Both the position numbers and the translations under genes were made by a program. A stretch of DNA of 64,000 bases from Macrostomum lignano. Lineage: Eukaryota. A model generated the notes under the pieces. It saw only the letters and a program-made list of their open reading frames with translations, did not search any database and was not told the origin of the DNA. The stretch lies in the NCBI GenBank assembly GCA_002269645.1, contig NIVC01002359.1, positions 117,001 through 181,000 of the forward strand. Direction: 5' to 3'. How positions within the stretch are numbered: the stretch's first letter is position 1; the number at the start of each line of letters is the position of its first letter. This document shows positions 23,811-33,756 of this stretch, piece after piece.

Positions 23811-24457
23811 TGTGTTTTCCAGTTCTGTGATTAAGGCTTGTGCTGGATAGGTTGCAAGGCCCGAAAACCAGTCAGCTATCATCAGCAGTAAATTTGGACA
23901 CCTCGACAGGTCTGTGTAATAAACAAAAATCAATTCTAACACTTGCATGGTGGTCTATTTGCTCCAGGATAAACAGACAGCAACAGGTTTTGCTAATCCT
24001 AGCTGTTGGCGGCATTGGTAGAGAGGCTTGGCTTTTTGCTTAATTCTGCCTTATCGCAGACTATAAGATGATAGAAAAATGCCACAGGGGTCGAGACCGA
24101 GATGTCTGAACTCGATTATCGGACGAATAGCAGTTGGTAACAGAGTGTATCAGGCAGTGTTCAGGTGAGAGGCTTACAGGATCAAAAACGGACACCGCCA
24201 AATCTGCTGGTGTCTGCAGCAGTCGGATCGGCCTGTGGTGATAAAAATTGACTGCAAAATTAAGTGAAAGTCAGGTTAATGCAGACGTTGCATGGGCCGA
24301 GTGTGCATTTAAAGAATGTGTTGCTTTCACTTCACCATCAGGTTTCAAGGTTTCAAGCAACATGTGTAAAATTTACAGAACCGTGATATACATGAGCCTG
24401 CAAAGCAATGCTTGACTAGCGAGTAGTTGAGCTTGCGGAGGGAGTGAGTTATAAATG

Positions 24458-25056
24458 TGAATCGTATCGAGAATCACTCTGTGAATCGTATCGAGAATCA
24501 CTCTGTGAATCGTATCGAGAATCACTCTGTGAATCGTATCGAGAATCACTCTGTGAATCGTATCGAGAATCACTCTGTGAATCGTATCGAGAATCACTCT
24601 GTGAATCGTATCGAGAATCACTCTGTGAATCGTATCGAGAATCACTCTGTGAATCGTATCGAGAATCACTCTGTGAATCGTATCGAGAATCACTCTGTGA
24701 ATCGTATCGAGAATCACTCTGTGAATCGTATCGAGAATCACTCTGTGAATCATATCGAGAATCACTCTGTGAATCGTATCGAGAATCACTCTGTGAATCG
24801 TATCGAGAATCACTCTGTGAATCACACAGAGAATCGCTCTGTGAATCACACAGAGAATCACTCTGTGAATCACACAGAGAATCGCTCTGTGAATCACACA
24901 GAGAATCGCTCTGTGAATCACACAGAGAATCGCTCTGTGAATCACACAGAGAATCACTCTGTGAATCACACAGAGAATCACTCTGTGAATCACACAGAGA
25001 ATCACTCTGTGAATCACACAGAGAATCACTCTGTGAATCACACAGAGAATCACTCT
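24458..25056. repeat. 24-bp minisatellite in two variant blocks (GTGAATCGTATCGAGAATCACTCT, then GTGAATCACACAGAGAATCACTCT)
   Basis: Direct tandem copies with a variant switch near 24815; source of ORFs 24373-25077. Confidence 0.95.
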
Positions 25057-25113
25057 AGCAGGCAGCTGAGGTGACATTTAAATCAACAGAACGGAAGCTC
25101 GCATCCTTGTAAT

Positions 25114-25813
25114 TGTTGGGCTGCGCCCTTCCAGTGTGTATGTACTCGTACTTTTGTTTTCAGTTTTCATGCCACCCCGCCCCGTCCCCCGTCTCGCGCC
25201 CGGGCCAGGGTTTGTGAGAGGCGTAAGTCTCAACCCTGGCCTAGCCCTTTGCACCCAGCCCCCGGCCCAATCTCTGTCCAATCTGGGTGCCCCCCCCCTC
25301 CCTCGTTGCCCGCCTCACCCTGGGGCTGCTCGTATTGGCTGGCTGGCTGATAAGCCGGCTGGGCCCCAGGGTTTGGCTCGCCGTCTCCATTCTGCCCCAC
25401 CCCTCCCCTTTTTTGTGTATTATTTAAATGCTAGCCCTGAGCGGGCTGCGCTCCACGTTTGCTCTCTATTGGTGTCCGCTTCGTTCTTACTGTTTTTGCG
25501 TTCATCGGCGTACCTCTGCCTTCGCGTGCCAATAACTGCTTCGGGCCAATAAACGCTTCGTTAGTAACTCGATATATCAAGAGGAGGTGAGCTCGAGCTT
25601 TCGTTCTTCTGGGTTGCCGCGTGGGGCCGGGATCTGCAGGGACCTGGGAACGGTGAACTCTCGCCGATCCCAGGGTGTTCGGTCAGGCGAACTCTCGCCG
25701 AACCGAGCGAGACAGGGTAGGAATAGCCGGGGTGAGGGCTGGGACAGGGGTGTCTCAGGCGGGGAGGGCCCGAACCTTGACCCGTCCAGCGGCCATTAGG
25801 CCGAGACACAACA
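25114..25813 (+). repeat. 5' LTR (700 bp)
   Basis: Appears identical to 33056-33756 except for one C in a C-run. Contains TATTTAAA near 25420 and AATAAA at 25548-25553. Confidence 0.97.
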
Positions 25814-25815
25814 AG

Positions 25816-25833
25816 TGGTGCCGTGACCAGGAT
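25816..25833 (+). promoter_or_regulatory. Primer-binding site complementary to the tRNA-His(GUG) 3' end
   Basis: TGGTGCCGTGACCAGGAT, 2 nt after the LTR. Its reverse complement ATCCTGGTCACGGCACCA matches the invertebrate tRNA-His 3' end plus CCA as recalled. Confidence 0.85.
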
Positions 25834-25937
25834 CAGCGGTCCTCTCCCCTGCTGTCCTGCCGTGTGTTTAGGGTTGTGTGTGTTGCCTAGTTTATTTGTG
25901 TGTTGTTTGCTTCGGTTGTCTCTGTGTTTTTGTAGCC

Positions 25938-26918
25938 ATGGCCAATTTAGACGATCTGATTGACGCCCTGACGGCGCGTCTGCAAAACGAACTTAATGTG
26001 GCACAGCGGGTGCCGAGGCCAAATAAGTACGTGCCCACACAGGACTTTGCCCTTTGGATGCAACAATTCACAGGGTATTGTGAGGCGGCTCATATTCTAG
26101 GGGATCAGCGCAAGCAGGCGCTGCTCAGTCTGCTTGACTTTAATACTGCTTTCAAGGCTGTTGCGAATCTTGAGTTGGCCGATGATTTGCCGTATGATGA
26201 GTTTGTTGAGCAGCTAGAGGCTAGGTTTGATGAGAATAGGACTGCTCAAGATTACAAGACCGAGTTCCAGAGTAGGAATCAGAAAGATGGCGAGCCCATT
26301 GAAGAATATGCAGACGTGCTCAAGGAGCTTATGAGAAAATCGTACCCAATGCTGCCAGCGGCCCAGCGAGAAGAGTTGGTGAAAGACAGGTTTTTGAAGG
26401 GGATTCGGGTGCCAGCCCGGGTGCTGGAGAGCGTGCTGCTGCAAGCGCCAGAGACGCTCCAGGACGCTATTAGGCGGGTGCGTCAAGTGAGGGCATCGTT
26501 GGCTCTGATGGAGCCCGAGGGCAAGCGAGCTGTGCACATGGTGGGGGGTCAGGCCGCAGCGGCTGGCAACAGCCAGGAGTCCAGGGCAGCCGCCGAGATA
26601 GCAGCTCTGAAAGCGGAAGTGGCTCAGCTAAAAGCAAGTGCTGCAGCGCCCACTGCGCCGATGGCGACAGCAAGGTCTGAGCAGCCAAAAGTGAGCTTGC
26701 AGCATCGAGCCCCTGAGCAGAGTCAGCAGCAGAGGCAGTGTGGTCGGTGCCTGCAGACAGGGCATACTACGGCTCGGTGCCGTAATGCAGTGGTCTGCCG
26801 GGAGTGTGGCCAGTCAGGGCACATGCGCAACCGCTGCTATCGTCGGTGGGACCAGTCGGGTTCGGGAAACGGATTGGGGGCTCGGCCGGGGCACCCGTCC
26901 GGGCCCCAGCGTCAGTGA
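25938..26918 (+). CDS. gag: Gag (capsid-like domain plus two CCHC zinc knuckles)
   Basis: GCCATGG start context; QKDGEPIEEYADVLKELMRKSYP...LVKDRFLKGI gag motif; knuckles CGRCLQTGHTTARC and CRECGQSGHMRNRC. Confidence 0.95.
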   Translation: MANLDDLIDALTARLQNELNVAQRVPRPNKYVPTQDFALWMQQFTGYCEAAHILGDQRKQALLSLLDFNTAFKAVANLELADDLPYDEFVEQLEARFDENRTAQDYKTEFQSRNQKDGEPIEEYADVLKELMRKSYPMLPAAQREELVKDRFLKGIRVPARVLESVLLQAPETLQDAIRRVRQVRASLALMEPEGKRAVHMVGGQAAAAGNSQESRAAAEIAALKAEVAQLKASAAAPTAPMATARSEQPKVSLQHRAPEQSQQQRQCGRCLQTGHTTARCRNAVVCRECGQSGHMRNRCYRRWDQSGSGNGLGARPGHPSGPQRQ

Positions 26919-26928
26919 ATCCGGGTGC
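26864..26928 (+). promoter_or_regulatory. -1 programmed ribosomal frameshift signal: G GGA AAC slippery site plus H-type pseudoknot
   Basis: The heptamer 26864-26870 is in the correct gag phase. A 6-nt spacer precedes stem 1 (26877-26885 / 26899-26907) and stem 2 (26891-26897 / 26922-26928). A -1 shift enters the pol frame (GKRIGG...). Confidence 0.85.
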
Positions 26929-29900
26929 ATCGGGGGCCGCGGCCTTGTCCCAGAGTGTGCTGAGTCGGCAGGGACTGGGCTATGTGGATGCACAGTTTAG
27001 GTTTGGGCCCCCGATTGCATGTCTGCTTGACAGCGGGGCCACCGTGTCGTTGTTAAGCAACCGTTTCCTGAAGTCTAAAAAAGCCGACATTGACTTATTG
27101 CCGAATTTGCCGAATTTTTCCGTTTTCGCTGCCAATGGGGAACCGATTGCTGTACATGGAATGGTGACGATGAAGTTTTCTGTTGGGGACACCGAGTTTT
27201 TGCACGAGTTCGCTGTGGTCGAGGAACTGGCTGTGGCATGTATTCTGGGCACTGACTTTTTCGTGAGACACGGGATGGCGATTGACTTTGCTAGGAATTG
27301 CTTGCAGACTGCATCCTGTGTGTATCCGTTTCGCTTATCAGCAGATAAGCCGCGTCTTTGCCGTCTGGTGCTGAGTCAGCCTGAGCAGTTCAATGCAGGT
27401 CAAGAGAAGGTGGTGCACGTCAGGTTGCAGAGAAGGGTTCCCTCTGGGGTTCAGTTCCTAGGCATTGTGGAGTCTGAGAGGAGAGTGAGTAACGAGCAGA
27501 TGGTGGCCAGATCGGTACAGATGCCTGACGGGGACGGTCGCTTGGCTGTCAGGGTGTTGAACACGTCAGGATGCAGTCTGTCATTAAGGAAGGGAAGCCG
27601 AATTGGTTGGTTCTCCCCAGTGGCGGCCCAGCAGCCAGCTGGGTGGCAGGTGAACTCGGTGGAGAGTGTCCGAGACGACTGGAACCCCCTCAGCGATGTC
27701 AAGGAGTGGGGAGGATGTGGCCTGACGGGCGATGAGAAGCACGAGTTTGAGCGCCTGATGGCTCGGAATCGTGATGTCTTTGCCAGGGATAGCTCGGAGT
27801 TGGGACAGTCACACTTGATGGCGCATGAGATTGACACCGGCAACGCCAAGCCAGTAAGTCAGCCCGCGCGTAGGATTCCACCGCGCTGGAAGGAGGAAAT
27901 TGATAAGCAGGTTGATGAGTTGTTGCAGCAGGATCGCATCTATCCCTGCTACTCTCCGTGGGCGAGCCCGATCGTGCCGGTTAAAAAGGCCGACGGTAGC
28001 TTGAGGTTGTGTCTAGACTATCGGCGCCTTAACGAGGTCACAGTGCCAGATCCTTACCCACCGCCGCGGATGGACGAGACGCTTGATGCGCTAGGAGGGA
28101 ACTGTGTTTTCTCGACGATGGATCTGGCCTCCGGCTATCATCAGTGCCCGATTGAGCCGAAGGACCAGTTGAAAACGGCGTTCGTGGTACCCAACAGGGG
28201 TCAGTTCGCCTGGAAGTGCATGAGTTTTGGCTTGCGCAATGCTCCCGCTACGTTCGCCAGGCTAATGTCTATGGCCCTGTCTGAGGTTAACTGGAAGGAG
28301 TGCCTGGTGTACTTTGACGATATAGTCGTGTTCGCCAAGTCGGTGGGTCAGCATCTCGAGCGATTGAAGCATGTTTTCCAGTGCCTGAGGGATGCCAATG
28401 TCAAGCTGAAGCCCGCCAAGTGTGTGTTCCTCGCAGAGCGGGTGAAGTTTCTGGGCCACATCGTCTCTCAGGAGGGGATCGCAACGGATCCGAGCAAGTG
28501 CGAGGAGATCCAGAATTGGCCGAGGCCATGTAGCGCCAAGAAGGTGCAGGCATTCCTGGGTACGTGCGCCTACTATCAGTCATTTATCCCGCAGTTTTCA
28601 GAGATTGCAGCGCCGCTGTATAGGTTAACCGCAGACGGAGTGAAGTTTGAGTGGGGTAGTGAAGAGGAGAGCTCGTTTTGCAGGCTGAAAGACGCTTTGT
28701 GTTCACCGAATGTGATGGCATTCCCGGATTTTTCGCCTGGTGCCGGGGAGTTCATCCTCGACACGGACGCCAGTTCGCGCGTCGGGCTGGGAGCCGTCCT
28801 GTCACAGCGTCAAGCAGATGGCCGTGAGAAGGTGATCGCTTACGGGTCTAGGATGATTCATGCGGCGGAGAAAAATTATTGCACCACCAGGTTAGAGTTG
28901 CTTGCCGTCGTGCACTTCGTCAAAAAGTATAGGTACTATTTGTTAGGTAGAAAGTTCACTGTTCGTTCAGACCACAAAGCTTTGCAGTGGCTAGCCAGTC
29001 TGAAGGACGTAGAGGGTCAGTGCGCAAGTGGCTTGAGTCGCTCCAGAACTTCGACTTTGAGATCATTCACAGGCCAGGCAAGGAGCACGGCAACGCTGAT
29101 TCGCTGTCTCGCAAGTACCGAAAACACGCTGGCCATGAGAGCTGCCCTAGCTGCCAGTTTAGCGAGAATGTGCCAGTAGTGAACGCGGTGTTTGGCAGTG
29201 GGCTGTCTTTGAAGGAAGTCCAGCAGGCGCAAGTGGCCGAGAAGAAGCTTGCAGCTGTCCGCTCCTATGCCCTGGACCCGGGTTCGAACCCCAGTGCGCC
29301 TAGAGTGATGTCGTGGGAGGAGCGTGTGCTGTGGGCACAACGGCAGCTGATAAGAGTAGAGTCTGATCTGTTGTATTTTCAGAGTCCCGGGAGTGGGTGC
29401 CAGAAAAAGATCTTGCTGCCGCCGGCTTTGCTGCCGAAAGTGCTCAGTGAGCTTCATGATGGGGTTGCAGGAGGGCACCTTGGGGTTAGGAAGACACAAG
29501 AGAAAGTGAAGGCGAGATACTGGTGGCCGGGGCTGAGTCGTTCCGTGGAAGAGTATTGCCGGAGCTGTGTCCACTGTGCGAAGGCGAAGCCTGGCGCAGC
29601 AACCGGGCGCCTTTGCAGCCAATCTGCTCGGAAGGAGCTTTCCAGAGGATCATGAGTGACATTGTCGGGCCGTTGCCCAAGTCCAGAGGTGGCAATCGAT
29701 TCGTGCTGACAATCCAGGATTCTTTTACTAAGTGGCCGGTGGCGGTGCCCTTGTCCAATCAGCGAGCCCCGACGGTGGCGCGAGCGATTTTTGATCACTG
29801 GATTGCGCACTTTGGTTGTCCTGAATTTCTAGTCACCGATAAGGGCACCAATTTTGAGTCGGCTTTGATGAAGCAGTTGTGTCGGTTGCTTGCCGTTAAG

Positions 29901-30800
29901 AAATGCAGAACGTCCTCCTATCACCCGATGGCTGATGGTCAGGCTGAGAGTTTCAATAAGACGTTGAAGTCAATGATCAAGTGCAGGATGAGTGAGTCGG
30001 TGGGCGAAGGAGACTGGGAGGATCTGATCCACCCGTCTCTCATGGCGTACCGTAGCAGCGTTCACAGAGGCACGGGGTACACCCCGTACTACATGCTGTA
30101 CGCCAGGGAGATGCGGCTTCCAGTGGACATTGGAACCTTGCCTGAGTCCATTCCTGCCAGTGCTCCGGCGTATGTTCAGTCATTAGGTAATAGTCTGGCT
30201 GAGGCTCATTCGCAGGTGCGGACCAACCTGCAGCAGTACCAGAGGAAACAGAAAGTGCTGTACGACTCAAGGGTGCGAGGCCCGGCCATAGAAGTTGGGG
30301 ATGCCGTCCTAGAATACTCGCCTGCGCTGCAGGCAGGGGAGGCAGCCAAGTTCCATTGCAATTGGAAGGGGCCGGCGAAGGTGTTAGAGAAGATATCCGA
30401 TTTGAATTACCGGGTAAAGCACGCCAATAGGGGAAAGAGCAAAATAGTGCATTATAATAATTTGCGAAAAGTACCCGAGCGGCCTGAGCAGTTCAGGTTG
30501 ATGAATAGGCATACGGCAGTGCAGCGCCGGTCGGCGCATCCGCCTGAGCCGGCAGGGTGCAGACAGGAGCCCGCGGGGCCGGCGACTAAAGAGCCGGAAC
30601 TTGAGGAGGAGGAGGAGTTTTACTCGTATGTGGTGCCACCAGTTGCCGTTGGGCCTCGGCATGGGATAGTAGGGCCGGGAACGCCAGTTGCGCCATGCGC
30701 ACCGGTGGCTCCAGCGGCGCCAGCCGTGTCTCCGCGCAGACTGCGCGAGCGTCGGGGTGTGCCCCCAGCGTATTACGGGAATCCGGTATTGTATCGTTAA
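26864..30800 (+). CDS. pol: Pol polyprotein (protease, RT, RNase H, integrase), split in this sequence by two single-base deletions
   Basis: Protease LLDSGAT; RT LCLDYRRLN, DLASGYHQ, YFDD; RNase H FILDTDAS, TRLELLAVV; integrase HDGVAGGH...CVHC, DIVGPL, TDKGTNF, GQAESFN, WKGPAKV. Frame breaks at ~29028 and ~29594. Confidence 0.95.
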
Positions 30801-31138
30801 TTCGCAGTGGGCTCACAAGGCGGTCGTCATAAATTGATTTTTAATATGCACTTGTATTAATGCCTCCACGCTGTTGTCTATGGTAGAAAGCCTAAAATAA
30901 CCTAAAATGAAAAAAATGATACAACCCCAAAGCACAAAAAAATTCATAAAATGGAACGCATGAAAAGCACATAAAAAACATTAAATGTATTAAAATTACA
31001 AAGTATGCTAGGCAAGAAGCGTTCTCAATCGTATTGTAAAATAAACATGTCATAGGATGGGTCAGGTCAGGGTCACAGTTGCTAGTCCGCAAGGCATAGG
31101 TAGTGATTGGGTTTAAATGTCATCATTGCAGGAGGACC

Positions 31139-32815
31139 ATGTCGTCGCCAACGACACCGACTGATTTGTATGGCGTGTTAGGCGTGGGTCGGACTGCTAA
31201 CTCTGCGGAGATTGAGGCAGCGTGTAGTCGTCTGTACTCAAAGCGGCCCCGCGTCTGTCCTGCCGAGGTAGAGTCTCCGGAGTCTCAGCGAGACGTGATG
31301 GCGATGTGCGTTTTATCTGACCCAGTGTTTCGGGAAGTATACGATCGGGTTGGAGAGGCAGCGTGTCAAGGGGTGTTAAAGTACGCCTACTTTTTCAATC
31401 CTCCCCCTGACGTTGAGTTGCCCGAGCAGGTCAGGTTAGCTTTGGCTAGTCTTAAGGGAAGCGCCGCAGGGGAAGCTCCAGTTCACGCGGAGATCCCAGC
31501 CGAGTTATTGGCTCCGGCTGCGCTTGCTGAGTGTAGGCGGCTGAGGGGTGCGCTGCTGGCGCGGTTGAGGGCTGGGGATAGTGAAGGAGCTTGCCTGGTG
31601 GTTCAGGAGGTGGCGAGGTTTCTTGATGGGGCTGGTGTGAGTGTGCCTGAGCAGTTGTCTAGATTCTTAGCAGTGTCTGTGTCGTTTCTGTGCAATCAGT
31701 ATGGGCGGAAGAGAGGTTCTGGTGGTGGTTCCGGGAGGTGTCGGAGGGTCCCGCCTTCGGTGCTGCAGGCGGCGTTTGAGTGCGTGTTGTTGGCTGTGCG
31801 GGGTTTTGAGCTGTGTGAGTTGGGGGGTCCCTTGTTGGGGAGGCTCCGGGGTCTGTCTCTCTTAGTGGATCCTGGCCTCGCGCGGCGCCCGGAGGAGGGG
31901 AGTGACGGGCCGCACCTTTCGCAGACTCCGCTGACGGCCCAGCGCGACTTGGCGACCGAAGAGTTAACGGGTGTCGACCCCGAGCAAGTACGACCGGCCG
32001 ACACGGTCCAGGAGGTCTCCCCCCGTGACGACCCGAATCAGCGCAAGGTCAGCTCGGCTAAGCGTCTCGTCGATGCAAAGGCATACCTAACGAGGCTGGG
32101 CCGGTCGATTCAGCCCGAGGACCTTCGTGGCGTGCGTCGATGTCTAGCGGCTGTAAACTCGCCGTACTGCCTGCGTCTAGAATGTCCCGTTGTCCGACCA
32201 CTGCTGCAAGACCGACGGATCGTGTTCGCCCTGGGCCTGAAGGCCAGTGCTGCACCGTGGTGGCCATCGCTGCGAGACGATGTACGACGATTTCTAGCGG
32301 GTAGCTGGCCGCGTGTCGTGGCGGTCGGCGAAGTCGAGCTCAATTGGGACGCTGAGAGGTCGCAGCGCCAGGACCAGTTAACGGCGGCGATGGAGCAGTT
32401 CTTGCTTGCCAAGGAGTTCGGCCTGCCGGTTTTGTTCCGAGTTGAAGGCGGCGAACCTGCCTGGGCGGTCGCCCTAGGATTCCTCCGGCAGCCGGAGTTT
32501 CAAGCGATGAGCGTCATGCTGGCCGAGGACCTGGACTTGCCGGAGGCCGTCGAGGCCGCGCTGGTGAGCAAGTGCCACGGGGTCTTCTTCGAGGTGTCCG
32601 CTCGGTGCCGAGGATCCCCGCGAGCGGTCCAACGGGCTAAGCGTCTCCCGCGGCAGCGCCTGCTAGTGACATCGGCCGCACCGTTTGGTGGAGACCCCAA
32701 GGACCCGACAGCCATCAAGTTCGTGCCGGAAGCCCTAGCGGACAGTGAATGTGATCGCAGGTACTGGACTCGACTGTTTGCGACCAACTGTAGTAGATTT
32801 TTTGGCCGATTGTAG
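31139..32815 (+). CDS. ORF3 cargo protein: degenerate J-domain, helical linker and catalytically degenerate TatD-like domain (558 aa from the ATG)
   Basis: Uninterrupted ORF with ACCATG start. J-like DLYGVLGV...EIEAACSRL...VLSDPVFREVYDRVGE (31163-31357). TatD-like from RLVDAKAYL (32063) through VVAVGEVELN, LAKEFGLPVLF and RLPRQRLLVTSAAP to TNCSRFFG. Domain calls are by eye. Confidence 0.82.
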   Translation: MSSPTTPTDLYGVLGVGRTANSAEIEAACSRLYSKRPRVCPAEVESPESQRDVMAMCVLSDPVFREVYDRVGEAACQGVLKYAYFFNPPPDVELPEQVRLALASLKGSAAGEAPVHAEIPAELLAPAALAECRRLRGALLARLRAGDSEGACLVVQEVARFLDGAGVSVPEQLSRFLAVSVSFLCNQYGRKRGSGGGSGRCRRVPPSVLQAAFECVLLAVRGFELCELGGPLLGRLRGLSLLVDPGLARRPEEGSDGPHLSQTPLTAQRDLATEELTGVDPEQVRPADTVQEVSPRDDPNQRKVSSAKRLVDAKAYLTRLGRSIQPEDLRGVRRCLAAVNSPYCLRLECPVVRPLLQDRRIVFALGLKASAAPWWPSLRDDVRRFLAGSWPRVVAVGEVELNWDAERSQRQDQLTAAMEQFLLAKEFGLPVLFRVEGGEPAWAVALGFLRQPEFQAMSVMLAEDLDLPEAVEAALVSKCHGVFFEVSARCRGSPRAVQRAKRLPRQRLLVTSAAPFGGDPKDPTAIKFVPEALADSECDRRYWTRLFATNCSRFFGRL

Positions 32816-33043
32816 AGTAGAATTGCGTTCTTAAGCCCGTTTTCAATTTTTGCGTACGCAATAGTTTGTGTCCCGTTTTCATTTTTTCGTTTTTGTTTTT
32901 TGTAATGCCGGCGATATCCACGCGTCGCGTCAAAGTTTTTCTGTTATTTTTCGGCCGTCGTTTCTTGAATAAACTTTTTTTCAGACTTGCTTGTTCATGC
33001 GTTGCTTTTTGCTTGACATCCCCTTTCTCCTCTTCTTTTTCTT

Positions 33044-33055
33044 GGAGGGGGAGGA
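33044..33055 (+). promoter_or_regulatory. Polypurine tract
   Basis: GGAGGGGGAGGA immediately before the TG of the 3' LTR. Confidence 0.92.
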
Positions 33056-33756
33056 TGTTGGGCTGCGCCCTTCCAGTGTGTATGTACTCGTACTTTTGTT
33101 TTCAGTTTTCATGCCACCCCGCCCCGTCCCCCGTCTCGCGCCCGGGCCAGGGTTTGTGAGAGGCGTAAGTCTCAACCCTGGCCTAGCCCTTTGCACCCAG
33201 CCCCCGGCCCAATCTCTGTCCAATCTGGGTGCCCCCCCCCTCCCTCGTTGCCCGCCTCACCCTGGGGCTGCTCGTATTGGCTGGCTGGCTGATAAGCCGG
33301 CTGGGCCCCAGGGTTTGGCTCGCCGTCTCCATTCTGCCCCACCCCTCCCCCTTTTTTGTGTATTATTTAAATGCTAGCCCTGAGCGGGCTGCGCTCCACG
33401 TTTGCTCTCTATTGGTGTCCGCTTCGTTCTTACTGTTTTTGCGTTCATCGGCGTACCTCTGCCTTCGCGTGCCAATAACTGCTTCGGGCCAATAAACGCT
33501 TCGTTAGTAACTCGATATATCAAGAGGAGGTGAGCTCGAGCTTTCGTTCTTCTGGGTTGCCGCGTGGGGCCGGGATCTGCAGGGACCTGGGAACGGTGAA
33601 CTCTCGCCGATCCCAGGGTGTTCGGTCAGGCGAACTCTCGCCGAACCGAGCGAGACAGGGTAGGAATAGCCGGGGTGAGGGCTGGGACAGGGGTGTCTCA
33701 GGCGGGGAGGGCCCGAACCTTGACCCGTCCAGCGGCCATTAGGCCGAGACACAACA
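33056..33756 (+). repeat. 3' LTR (701 bp)
   Basis: Direct repeat of 25114-25813; AATAAA at 33491-33496; followed by TSD TAAT. Confidence 0.97.

Larger units (their letters stand above)
25114..33756 (+). mobile_element. Full-length Ty3/gypsy LTR retrotransposon with an extra third ORF
   Basis: Paired LTRs with TGTTG...CAACA ends, 4-bp TSD TAAT (25110-25113, 33757-33760), PBS, PPT, gag, pol in PR-RT-RNaseH-IN order, and ORF3. Confidence 0.98.

Noticed and set aside
30480-30800. Chromodomain at the integrase C-terminus
   Set aside because: The tail after the GPY/F-like motif is Pro/Ala/Glu low-complexity with no chromodomain aromatic pattern.
31139-32815. ORF3 as an envelope gene
   Set aside because: No signal peptide, furin cleavage site, fusion peptide or C-terminal TM helix; the motifs fit cytosolic J and TatD folds.
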